From Xylanibacter ruminicola 23 (GTDB lineage Bacteria; Bacteroidota; Bacteroidia; Bacteroidales; Bacteroidaceae): a DNA stretch of 32,000 nucleotides. Shown here in pieces: positions 23,625 through 32,000 of this stretch. A model generated the notes under the pieces. The model saw only the letters and a list, made by a program, of their open reading frames with translations. It was not told the origin of the DNA and searched no databases. The stretch is from contig NC_014033.1 of the NCBI RefSeq assembly GCF_000025925.1, forward strand, positions 60,001 through 92,000, in the 5' to 3' direction. The position numbers and the translations under genes were made by a program. Numbering within the stretch: position 1 is the first letter of the stretch; each line of letters starts with the position of its first letter.

Positions 23625-26363
23625 TTTCCTTGGTATCCACATCCAGAAGGTAGAACCATGACCTTCACCTTCTGATTCAACACCAATCTTTCCTTCGCAT
23701 CGTTCGGCAATAGCTTTACAGATACTCAATCCTAAACCTGTACCCTGTACAAAGTCGTTGAGCTTTACAAAACGCTCAAACACAGCAGCCTGCTTATCCT
23801 TGGGGATACCAGCACCTGTATCTTCGCAGTAGAAGTAGATGCCGCCATCCTGCTCGCGATAGCCCACCTTGATGTGTCCTTCGTGGGTGTACTTGATGGC
23901 GTTGGTGGTAAAGTTGGTAAGTACCTGTTGTATGCGGCCCTTATCAAGCGTAGCAGGGAAGGTTTCGTATGGATTATCCTTGATGAACAGCACGCCAGCC
24001 TCATCTACACGTTGTGCCAAGGTCTGACAGATGTCGTCGAATACCTTGGCAAAGTCAACCTGCTCGGGCTGGATGGCCAGTGCCTGACCAACATTCGAGG
24101 CTTCGAGGATATCGTTGATGAGTCGCATCAGCATGTCGCAGTTGTTACGGATAATGCGGATAAACTCCATACGCTCGCTATGTTCCTCAACCACTGGCAA
24201 CAGATCGCTGAATCCCACAATGGCATTCAGAGGGGTACGTATCTCGTGTGTCATATTGGCCAGGAAGGCGGCCTTCATCTTACCAGATTCTTCGGCACGC
24301 TGCGTCTCGTCCTTTAGTTTCTGTTGGGCCTCCATCAGAGTGTTGATGTTACGGGCCACACCAAAGTACTTACAAACATTCCCGGAGCTATCGAAGCTTG
24401 GGATGCCGCTGATGGCATACCATACGGGTTTGGGTTCGCTTGGTGTGTGGTTGAAGTGAATGGTCGTATTATATGGTTTGCCTTGGCGCATAGTTTCATA
24501 TACCTCGCGGATACCGGATTCGCGATATTCTTCGGTAGCACCAGCAAAGAATTCCTCGATGGTTTCGGTGTAGTCGGATTTTCGGCCGCTTCGACTAAAG
24601 TGGATGATGCCCTCGTTGGTATAGAAGCTCCATACGAACATGTTACTGTTCATCAGCAGGTAACCTAACTGTTCCTCATAGGTCTTGATATTCTCGGTGG
24701 CTTTACGAATCTCGGTATCGTGCCTATGCTGTTCCAGATATAGGTGTCGTTCGGCAGTCATATCGCGGGCCGTTACCACGTAGAACTGCATCTCGCCATT
24801 CTCATCGAATGTTGGGCGCACCTTAATCTCGATATACTTGTAGATGCCTATCTCGGGATAGAACATGCGCTGACAAACGTGGAAGTTCTCTTTTTCGCCT
24901 TTGTGGTACTGGCCTTTTACCAGGGGAACTTCGAACAGGTTCATCTGGCGGAAGAACTCCTCGCCATCCTTGTCAAACTCGCAGAGGTCGGCCATGCGAC
25001 GGTTCACGTCAATCAGTTTACCATCCTTGTCATAGAACGACATGGCTATCAAGCCATATTCGAACATGTTCTGGTATTTGCTGGCTATCTCTTCGTTCAT
25101 GCGCTCCTCTTGTACCTCGTTGGTGTAATCCCTGAACGAGGTAATGATGTAACGTGGCTTGTCTTCGTCGTATTCTACTACGGCGTGTCCCTCAATCCAA
25201 TGCCAGTCGGGCTTTTCTATCGTTCCTCTGTTATAACGACGCTTCAGATAGCCCAGATCCTTATGACCTTGACTCATTAAGCGCATGGCTTCGCTGAATT
25301 TACCCTTATCTTCTTCGGGGAGGCGTTCCATAAACACGGCGTGACTCATACCTTCTTCGGGTAGCATATCGCCATATCTGTTTTTCAACCATTGTGTCTG
25401 GATGTCGAACTCTATCACATAGTATTTACCTGAACTCAGTGCTTTCTGCATCATCTCGTTCAGGTCAACCGATTTCTCAACAGCCTTTCGAACGCGGGTA
25501 CGCATCACCTGACTGAACAGCAGGAAGATGATGGCTGCTGCGATGATGCCAACCAGCAGAATGAGTGCCATGGGCGATGCATCGTTGTGTACATTCTCGG
25601 GATGGAACCACCTGTCGTATATCCTTTCGATATCGCCCGACTGCTCCATACGTGCAAATGTATCATCGATGGCGTGAATCAGATCCTTATCGTAACCGAT
25701 GATACGCAACTCGCCAGCAGGGATGTCGGTCTCGTCAAACTCAATGCCATCAATGTTCAGCTCCTTAACCTTCATCATCAGTGGCTGTTCGCCCCACATG
25801 TAGTACTTGTACTTGCCACTTCGGATACCCATCAGGGCCTCGCGGGGCGAATGGTATTCTACCCTAAACGGCTTGCTCTTCTGTTCGGCTACCTTCAAGT
25901 CAACATAGTCGTTTTTCTTTACTGTCAGTGTGTCATTCTTAGTAAGCTGACTGATGCGTCGGAGCGGACGGGTCCCCTTCAGTCGTACAGCCCTCACATT
26001 ATAATAGGTAATCATGTTCTGGGTGTACTCGAATGGGGGACGGTCGTATTTAAACTTCAGACAGTGGATAAGGTCGGCCTCGTGCCTGTCGAAGGTCTCT
26101 GTACACTGGTACCACTCTTTCATGATGAACTTGTGCGGAATACCCAGTTTGTCTAATATCAGGTTCAGTACCTCAACATTATAGCCATCGGGTTCGCCCA
26201 TGTCGTTTCTGAACTCATAAGGCGGAAACTCCCAGTCGCTCACAATAATCAGCGGTTTATCGGTGGTGTATTCACGTATATATTTAGCTGCCGCTTGCTG
26301 CACGTGGCACAAGGCAAGCAAACTGGTAATAGCAAGTATGAATATCTTTTTTGTCATGATCAT
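23622..26363 (-). CDS. sensor histidine kinase HK1: periplasmic solute-binding (SBP_bac_3-like) domain, TM, PAS repeats, HisKA, HATPase_c; no receiver
   Basis: The protein has a signal peptide and a type-3 SBP-like region (IIVSDWEFPPYEF...GYNVEVLNLILDKLGI...IYDRWFHPE). The TM segment is MALILLVGIIAAAIIFLLF. The H-box is MTHEIRTPLNAIVGFSDLL (His codon 24246-24248), the N-box is TNAIKYT, G1 is EDTGAGI and G2 is GTGLGLSICK. The ATG at 26363 is preferred over the TTG at 26366. Confidence 0.88.
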   Translation of the reverse strand: MIMTKKIFILAITSLLALCHVQQAAAKYIREYTTDKPLIIVSDWEFPPYEFRNDMGEPDGYNVEVLNLILDKLGIPHKFIMKEWYQCTETFDRHEADLIHCLKFKYDRPPFEYTQNMITYYNVRAVRLKGTRPLRRISQLTKNDTLTVKKNDYVDLKVAEQKSKPFRVEYHSPREALMGIRSGKYKYYMWGEQPLMMKVKELNIDGIEFDETDIPAGELRIIGYDKDLIHAIDDTFARMEQSGDIERIYDRWFHPENVHNDASPMALILLVGIIAAAIIFLLFSQVMRTRVRKAVEKSVDLNEMMQKALSSGKYYVIEFDIQTQWLKNRYGDMLPEEGMSHAVFMERLPEEDKGKFSEAMRLMSQGHKDLGYLKRRYNRGTIEKPDWHWIEGHAVVEYDEDKPRYIITSFRDYTNEVQEERMNEEIASKYQNMFEYGLIAMSFYDKDGKLIDVNRRMADLCEFDKDGEEFFRQMNLFEVPLVKGQYHKGEKENFHVCQRMFYPEIGIYKYIEIKVRPTFDENGEMQFYVVTARDMTAERHLYLEQHRHDTEIRKATENIKTYEEQLGYLLMNSNMFVWSFYTNEGIIHFSRSGRKSDYTETIEEFFAGATEEYRESGIREVYETMRQGKPYNTTIHFNHTPSEPKPVWYAISGIPSFDSSGNVCKYFGVARNINTLMEAQQKLKDETQRAEESGKMKAAFLANMTHEIRTPLNAIVGFSDLLPVVEEHSERMEFIRIIRNNCDMLMRLINDILEASNVGQALAIQPEQVDFAKVFDDICQTLAQRVDEAGVLFIKDNPYETFPATLDKGRIQQVLTNFTTNAIKYTHEGHIKVGYREQDGGIYFYCEDTGAGIPKDKQAAVFERFVKLNDFVQGTGLGLSICKAIAERCEGKIGVESEGEGHGSTFWMWIPRK

Positions 26364-26375
26364 CAAGTTTCGGAT

Positions 26376-29153
26376 TTAACAACGTTCCATTTCTATCAGC
26401 TTACAAGGTATCGAGAACCATACCATGGTGCCCTTGCCTTCGGTAGATTTAAGCTCTATCTGTCCGCCCATATACTCTACCAACTCATGGCAGATACTGA
26501 GACCCAAGCCTGCACCATTGTTGGCACCGGTTACAAATCGGTCGAATATGTGCTCGATGTCTTCTTGCTTAATGCCACATCCGGTATCTTCTACCGATAC
26601 AATCAGGCGGTCGGCAATAAACTCGTAGCGTGCCAATACCGATCCCGAGGTGGTGTGTTGTATGGCATTAGTGAGTATCTTGTTGAGAATCATCGATGCA
26701 TTGGGCTCATCAATCTCAACTATCAATCGCTTAAACGGATTCTGTGCAATATACTCTACGCCTGGTTGCCTGTGGTTGTCCCATACAGATGAGCAACGGC
26801 CCTCGAAAATGCTGGCCAGATCGATGGGCTGAGGCGAGATGGTAATCATGCCGGCATCCAGTCGCGACAGGAACAGAATGTCGTTGATCAGTTTGAGCAG
26901 CGAGGCCGAGCTCTCCTTAATCTCATTGATAAATACAGCCTCGTCTTCAGGCGAGTGATCCATCTCAAACAATTCGGAGAATCCTACTACCGTATTCAAT
27001 GGTGTACGTATCTCGTGGCTCATGTTGTGCAGGAAGGCGTTCTTCACTGTCTCTACCTCCTGGGCACGAACCGACTCCAATGCCAATTTCTCTTCCACGG
27101 CCTTTATATCACTGATGTCACGAATCAGTCCGAAGTATTCCACTATCTGTCCATCCTTATAGGTGGGCACAAAGTTAAACTGCAGGTGCAGGGTTACGTG
27201 GTCCTTGCGCCTGATGCAGGTCTTGATTTCGGCTCGCAGACTGCCAGGCTGCTTATTATCCATCTTGTTCAGTATGCGCAGTGCCTGTTTCTCTGATGAG
27301 GGGGCGATGAATGCCAATGCTCTGGTTTGGGTTAGCGAATATTTCTCGTGATTGATTTCGCTGAATACGGTTAGTGTATGCGTGTCAAGGTGATACTTGG
27401 CCAGACTGATGCCTCCTACAGCCAGCACATAGTCGATATTACGCACATAGCTTGTAACCTCGTCCTGTGCCTCTTGCAGTTCGTTGGTGTTCTCCTGCAG
27501 CTGTCGGTACGAATGGGCAACCTCGGTTACATTACGTCCAGAACCGAAGAAACCGATGCGCTTACCATTGTTATCGCGGATAGGCATTACCTGCAGCTCG
27601 TAGTATAACTTGTCGCGTTTCAACAGATTGTTCAGTATACGCCCATCGTCAGGTCCGTTGTAAATCTGTGTGGCATAGAAGATTTCGAAGTCGTCGAGAT
27701 CCAAATCTTCTATACCCAGCACATCGGATAGCGAGATGTGCTGTTTTCTGATTGTTTCTATGTCAACTCCTACTACAGCAAGTGATTTGGAGTTCATATC
27801 GGTGATATAACCATCGGCATCATAGTACACCATATCAACCATAGCCGAGTTAAACAGCGACTGATAACGCAGCATCGACTCCTTAATGAGCTGTTGGCGC
27901 ATGCGCTCCTGGGTGGTATCGGTCTTCGAACAGATAATAACTGATGGTTTCTTGTGTTTATCGCGTCGCAATACCGACAGGGTAGCCGTGTAGTTGTTGC
28001 TATGAATCAGGTCGTTCTCGTATTCCTTGAGTTGCAAGGTAAAGGTAGGAACTTTCTCCTCGATAACCAGGCGCAAGGCTTCGGTAAGTTGCGTAAAGTC
28101 GTTAGGATCGAATCGGTGTGAGAATTCCAGCAGCGAATAGTTGCGCTCGGGGTAGCCGGCCGAGTCCATCATCACAAAGAACTGTGAGTCCACATCGTAA
28201 GTACAGAACTTTACGTTACTGGTACGCATAACCAACGACAGACGTTCGTTTTCCCTCAAGATCTTCTTTGTCATTTTGTGTTCGCGAATCTTGAAGAAGG
28301 CGTAGTAAATGATAATGGCTAAAGCCAGGATGGCAAAGAACTTAATCCAATCCCAAATCCATGAAGGGATACCCGATTCCTGGCGCTCTGGGTAGAACCA
28401 CTTGTTCTGGATAGCAGTCAACTGGTCGTTGGCGCGCAGTTTCGAGTAAACGCTGTCCAGTTGCGCCAGCAGGTGATGGTCGTTGGCAAAGAACTTATAT
28501 TCGCCATAGGGAAAGTCGAAGGGAGTGAGTTCCAGGTTGTCGGTATGGTATTTCATCATCAGCCACTTCAGCGACATAGAGTTCCAAAGTATCACACCTT
28601 TGTTTTCAGAACTTACTGTCTGTATGGCCTCTTTCATGTCGTCGAAGGGGATGATTTCCTTGGCCCATCCGTTATCAATCAGTTTGTGGTGACTGAAACT
28701 GCCCTCATGCACAATGATAGAGTAGTCGGTAAGGTCTTTTCCTGCCTTGGCATGGATAGCCTGACTTTTAGGAGTTACCAGACTATGGGTGAATATCTGC
28801 ACAATGGTTTTTCCGTAGGATGAGTTGTTGCGGGCAAAGTCGGCATCCATTCTCAGCATCAGGTCCGACTTATGGTCTTTCAGGTCTTTCTGTGCTTCCA
28901 GAGTAGGGCGTAGTCTGATAACGTATGGAATGTCGAGTTCTTTGAAAATCATCTTCAAAAGGTCGATATTATAGCCGTCAGGTTCGCCGTTCTCGTTCAG
29001 GAATACATAGGGCCACAGGTCCCAGGCATCCTCATACACCAGCGGTCGCTGATCATTGTAAACAATGATGCTGTCTTTTTGAGCGTATGCGGTGCCAAAT
29101 GACAGGTGGCAGGCCAAAAGTAGTACAAATATTCTAAATCTATTCATAATCAT
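26376..29153 (-). CDS. sensor histidine kinase HK2: SBP_bac_3-like periplasmic domain, TM, PAS repeats, HisKA, HATPase_c; no receiver
   Basis: The SBP-like region reads WDLWPYVFLNENGEPDGYNIDLLKMIFKELDI...IQNKWFYPE. The TM segment is IKFFAILALAIIIYYAFF. The H-box is MSHEIRTPLNTVVGFSELF (His codon 27015-27017). TNAIQHT, EDTGCGI and GAGLGLSICH are present. The start ATG overlaps the stop of the upstream kinase (ATGA at 29150-29153). Confidence 0.88.
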   Translation of the reverse strand: MIMNRFRIFVLLLACHLSFGTAYAQKDSIIVYNDQRPLVYEDAWDLWPYVFLNENGEPDGYNIDLLKMIFKELDIPYVIRLRPTLEAQKDLKDHKSDLMLRMDADFARNNSSYGKTIVQIFTHSLVTPKSQAIHAKAGKDLTDYSIIVHEGSFSHHKLIDNGWAKEIIPFDDMKEAIQTVSSENKGVILWNSMSLKWLMMKYHTDNLELTPFDFPYGEYKFFANDHHLLAQLDSVYSKLRANDQLTAIQNKWFYPERQESGIPSWIWDWIKFFAILALAIIIYYAFFKIREHKMTKKILRENERLSLVMRTSNVKFCTYDVDSQFFVMMDSAGYPERNYSLLEFSHRFDPNDFTQLTEALRLVIEEKVPTFTLQLKEYENDLIHSNNYTATLSVLRRDKHKKPSVIICSKTDTTQERMRQQLIKESMLRYQSLFNSAMVDMVYYDADGYITDMNSKSLAVVGVDIETIRKQHISLSDVLGIEDLDLDDFEIFYATQIYNGPDDGRILNNLLKRDKLYYELQVMPIRDNNGKRIGFFGSGRNVTEVAHSYRQLQENTNELQEAQDEVTSYVRNIDYVLAVGGISLAKYHLDTHTLTVFSEINHEKYSLTQTRALAFIAPSSEKQALRILNKMDNKQPGSLRAEIKTCIRRKDHVTLHLQFNFVPTYKDGQIVEYFGLIRDISDIKAVEEKLALESVRAQEVETVKNAFLHNMSHEIRTPLNTVVGFSELFEMDHSPEDEAVFINEIKESSASLLKLINDILFLSRLDAGMITISPQPIDLASIFEGRCSSVWDNHRQPGVEYIAQNPFKRLIVEIDEPNASMILNKILTNAIQHTTSGSVLARYEFIADRLIVSVEDTGCGIKQEDIEHIFDRFVTGANNGAGLGLSICHELVEYMGGQIELKSTEGKGTMVWFSIPCKLIEMERC

Positions 29154-31132
29154 TCAGTAATTTCTTGTTTACATGGAATCCATACCCAGAAGGTGGAGCC
29201 ACAATCCTTGCCTTCGGATGTAACGCCAATCTCGCCACCGCTATTGTCGGCAATAAGCTTGCAGATGCTCAGACCCAGACCTGTGCCCTGTACAAAATCA
29301 TTCAGCTTTACAAAGCGGTCGAACACTTTTCCTTGGTGCTCCTTGGGTATGCCTGCACCGGTATCTTCGCAGTAGATGTACAAGCCTTCCTTATCCTGTC
29401 GCATCTGCTGCTCATAACCAATCTTTATATGTCCCTGTTGGGTATATTTGATGGCATTGGTAACAAAGTTGGTTACTATCTGTTGGGTACGTCCGCCATC
29501 AATGGTTGTGATATAGGTGGGGTAGGGACTCTCTACCAGGAATTCTATCTTGGGGTTCTTGATGCGCTGTGCCAACGAGGTGGCCACGCTGTTAAAACAC
29601 TTGGCAAAGTCGGTTCTGGTGGGCTTGACGATGATGTCGCCACTCTCTAACGATGAGAGTGCCAGAATATCGTTCACCAGACGTAACAGCATGTCGCAGT
29701 TGTTGGATATCACTTGTATAATTCCCTCTCGCTCTTCGGGTGTACTCATGGTTGCCAATACATCCGAGAAACCTACGATGGCATTCAGTGGGGTACGTAT
29801 CTCATGACTCATGCTGGCCAGGAAGGTACTCTTGCGCATACCCGCCTGGTTAGCGCGTTCGGTTTCTTCCTTCAGTTGTTCCTGCTTGTAAATCAGGTCG
29901 GTAACGTTTCTTACCACACCATAGGTGCCTGTCTGCTTGCCGTTCTCATCATAGTATGGAATGCTATCGATAAAGGTCCACTCCAGTTCATCGCTGTCGT
30001 GGAAGAACGGACGCATATGGGTCAGGGTCGACTTAGGCTCGTTAAAGAACTCGTAGGGATGGCGTAATCCTTCGGCAAACGGATCGTCGATAAAGTGGGT
30101 AATGAGCTCGTCGAAACCCATTTTGCTTTCTATCACGCTCATCTCGCGATAGAAGGTAACCTCGCGTTTCTCGAACGAGGTGCGGAAAAAATGCATGTCA
30201 ACATTCTCCATCAGGTATTTCAGCTCTGTCTCGTACTGTTCGATGGCCTGGTTGGTACGTTGCAGCGATGCTTCGTTCTCCTTGTCCTGCTGGTATAGCT
30301 CACGTTCCTGGGTAACATCTCGCATATACAGTGTGAAGAACTCCAATTGGTGATCTTCATTGAAAATGGGATGTATTCTTATTTCTGAATAACAGTTCAC
30401 GCCACGCTCATACATCACTGTCTTGGTGCAGAAGTAGAGGTCGTCGGTAAGATCCTTTCGTAGAATATAACGGAAGGTTGGCAACTCAAACAGACTGTAG
30501 CGATGATAGAATGGGTCGTCTTCTGTCTTAAACTTCAGTATCTCGCGCAACTTGTGGTTGGCTGTTAGCAGATGGCCATCCTTGTCGTAGAAAGCCTGCC
30601 CCACGATGCTCTGTTCAAACAGTTTGCGATAGCGGTCGGTTAGTTCCCGTTCTTCCTTTTCGGTCAGTATCTGGTCGGTCTGGTCGTCCAGAATACAGTA
30701 AAAATTGATTGGCGTTTTCTTGTCATCATAGTCGTATTCCACAATACCTATATCGTGAATATAGCGCCATTGTTCTTCATGCTTGTCCAAACTGCTATCC
30801 CATCTGAAGATACACTCCGATGATTCGGCACCTTTTACTAACCGAATAATAAACTCGCTATAGAAATGACGGTCGTCGGGGTGTATGTATTCCAGACTCT
30901 GTTCGAAAGTCATACCGTTGGCAGGCAGGAAATCGCCATATAGGTTATAGGCCAGGTGGTTTTGCAGTTTGAGTCGTACCACATAGTTGTTGTCGTTTAG
31001 TGTGCGTTGCATGATGGTAGCCATATCCTTGGCTCTCCAGGTATTCTTTCGAATGCTGTAGAGTGTAATGCGGTTCAATATCATGCCTATGATAATCACC
31101 ACCAGGGTTAATATAACTATCAGTATCTGCAT
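29150..31132 (-). CDS. sensor histidine kinase HK3: single N-terminal TM anchor, PAS repeats, HisKA, HATPase_c; no periplasmic domain and no receiver
   Basis: MQILIVILTLVVIIIGMILNRI is the only hydrophobic segment. The H-box is MSHEIRTPLNAIVGFSDVL (His codon 29804-29806). TNAIKYT, EDTGAGI and GTGLGLSICK are present. The kinase core is very similar to HK1. Confidence 0.88.
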   Translation of the reverse strand: MQILIVILTLVVIIIGMILNRITLYSIRKNTWRAKDMATIMQRTLNDNNYVVRLKLQNHLAYNLYGDFLPANGMTFEQSLEYIHPDDRHFYSEFIIRLVKGAESSECIFRWDSSLDKHEEQWRYIHDIGIVEYDYDDKKTPINFYCILDDQTDQILTEKEERELTDRYRKLFEQSIVGQAFYDKDGHLLTANHKLREILKFKTEDDPFYHRYSLFELPTFRYILRKDLTDDLYFCTKTVMYERGVNCYSEIRIHPIFNEDHQLEFFTLYMRDVTQERELYQQDKENEASLQRTNQAIEQYETELKYLMENVDMHFFRTSFEKREVTFYREMSVIESKMGFDELITHFIDDPFAEGLRHPYEFFNEPKSTLTHMRPFFHDSDELEWTFIDSIPYYDENGKQTGTYGVVRNVTDLIYKQEQLKEETERANQAGMRKSTFLASMSHEIRTPLNAIVGFSDVLATMSTPEEREGIIQVISNNCDMLLRLVNDILALSSLESGDIIVKPTRTDFAKCFNSVATSLAQRIKNPKIEFLVESPYPTYITTIDGGRTQQIVTNFVTNAIKYTQQGHIKIGYEQQMRQDKEGLYIYCEDTGAGIPKEHQGKVFDRFVKLNDFVQGTGLGLSICKLIADNSGGEIGVTSEGKDCGSTFWVWIPCKQEITE

Positions 31133-31133
31133 A

Positions 31134-32000
31134 CTATATCACTATTTTTCTTTCAAAGTCAATCATCTCGCAGGGCAGGGCGATAAAGAACGAGCTACCC
31201 TTGTCGGGTTCCGACAGCACATCGATGGTACCGCCCATCTGTTCTATCATCTCTTTTACGATAGGCAGGTCCAGTCCTGTGCCAATGCGCTTGTTCTTGC
31301 CATCGCTTACAAAGCGGTCGAACATCTTGGTGGCATCTTCCAGGTCCATACCGCCATCTGTGCTGTCAACAATCACAATCAGCTCGTCGTGCAGGTATTC
31401 GTATCTTGATTTGATAAGTCCCTCGTTGGTACTCAAACCTACATAGTTACACAACTTCTCGATGGCAATACCCAAGTTGTGCTTATCAATTTTTACACGA
31501 AGCGATTTATAGGAGTTGTTGATGATCTTTCTGGCATCATTGCTCGTCTCGCTCCAACCATGCTGGCACCAACTGTCGAACAAGGTGGCAAAGTCGTGCA
31601 CCTCGTAATTGTATTCTATCATGTGGGCATCCAGACGCGATATGAACAGGATATCGTTAATCAGGTTCAACAGCACATCTGTGTTCTTCTTGATTTCGTT
31701 GGCAAATATCGGCTCGTCTTCCAGGCTATGCTCTGTTTTGAACAAGTCGGCAAAACCAATCACTGCGTGTAAGGGCACGCGCAGCTCATAGCTCATGTTC
31801 AACAGGAAGGCGTTCTTCAGCTGCTCCTCTTCCTGGGCTTTGGCTGTTTCTTCCTGCAGTCGCATTTCAGTGTACGACATCTCTGTGTCGTTTCGTAGCA
31901 GACCGAAGTAATGCGTTACTATGCCATCGTGGTTGGTGATGGGCATCAGGTTAAAGTTCAAGTAAATGTCGCGTCCCTGCTTGTCGGGCAGTTTGGTATG
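31134..32000 (-). CDS. histidine-kinase-like protein HK4, C-terminal part (open to the window edge), with a degenerate H-box and ATP-lid motifs: probable pseudokinase
   Basis: The reading frame has no stop from 32000 down to the TAG at 31136-31134. The track start at 31961 is only a TTG, so the gene continues upstream. The H-box position reads NMSYELRVPLHAVIGFADLF (TAT at 31788-31790). G1 is DSTDGGM instead of EDTGxGI, and G2 is GTGLDLPI instead of GxGLGLSI. The stop lies 1 nt before the HK3 ATG. Confidence 0.8.
   Translation of the reverse strand, partial: HTKLPDKQGRDIYLNFNLMPITNHDGIVTHYFGLLRNDTEMSYTEMRLQEETAKAQEEEQLKNAFLLNMSYELRVPLHAVIGFADLFKTEHSLEDEPIFANEIKKNTDVLLNLINDILFISRLDAHMIEYNYEVHDFATLFDSWCQHGWSETSNDARKIINNSYKSLRVKIDKHNLGIAIEKLCNYVGLSTNEGLIKSRYEYLHDELIVIVDSTDGGMDLEDATKMFDRFVSDGKNKRIGTGLDLPIVKEMIEQMGGTIDVLSEPDKGSSFFIALPCEMIDFERKIVI

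Overview
This 32-kb window looks like core chromosome of a Bacteroidota organism. Protein similarities and recurring TAnnTTTG -7 promoter boxes suggest Prevotella/Bacteroides, but the taxon is inference. Most of it is ordinary housekeeping sequence: asd (partial), a CPA2 cation/H+ antiporter, a LolD-like ABC ATPase, a CvfB-like S1 protein, asnS, an RluB-type pseudouridine synthase, purB, tRNA-Val(UAC), a paaK-like ligase plus ACT protein, an MBL hydrolase, a DUF2461 protein, a GNAT acetyltransferase, dnaK, recA, a carboxynorspermidine/saccharopine dehydrogenase and an NhaD antiporter. I see no transposase, integrase, phage, CRISPR-cas or recognisable defence genes. Two regions are not explained by routine annotation. 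(1) The ~900-bp AT-rich gap between dnaK and a surface-lipoprotein gene (14636-15548) holds mirror-image arrays of a GCCTACAT 8/11-mer. These bracket a 308-bp core that contains two identical 18-bp perfect palindromes and a 15-mer repeat family. (2) Four tightly packed sensor histidine kinase genes lie on the minus strand (23622-32000) with no response regulator in view. Their kinase cores alternate between two paralog types, and the promoter-proximal gene has Tyr in place of the phospho-accepting His plus degenerate ATP-lid motifs. Smaller observations are tandem AT-rich heptamer arrays that exactly fill three intercistronic junctions, a 24-nt repeat encoding a GGYGRPQQ low-complexity N-terminus on the pseudouridine synthase, a duplicated promoter module upstream of nhaD, and a hairpin built from two convergent stop codons. 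All functional calls come from reading the translations by eye; no database search was run.
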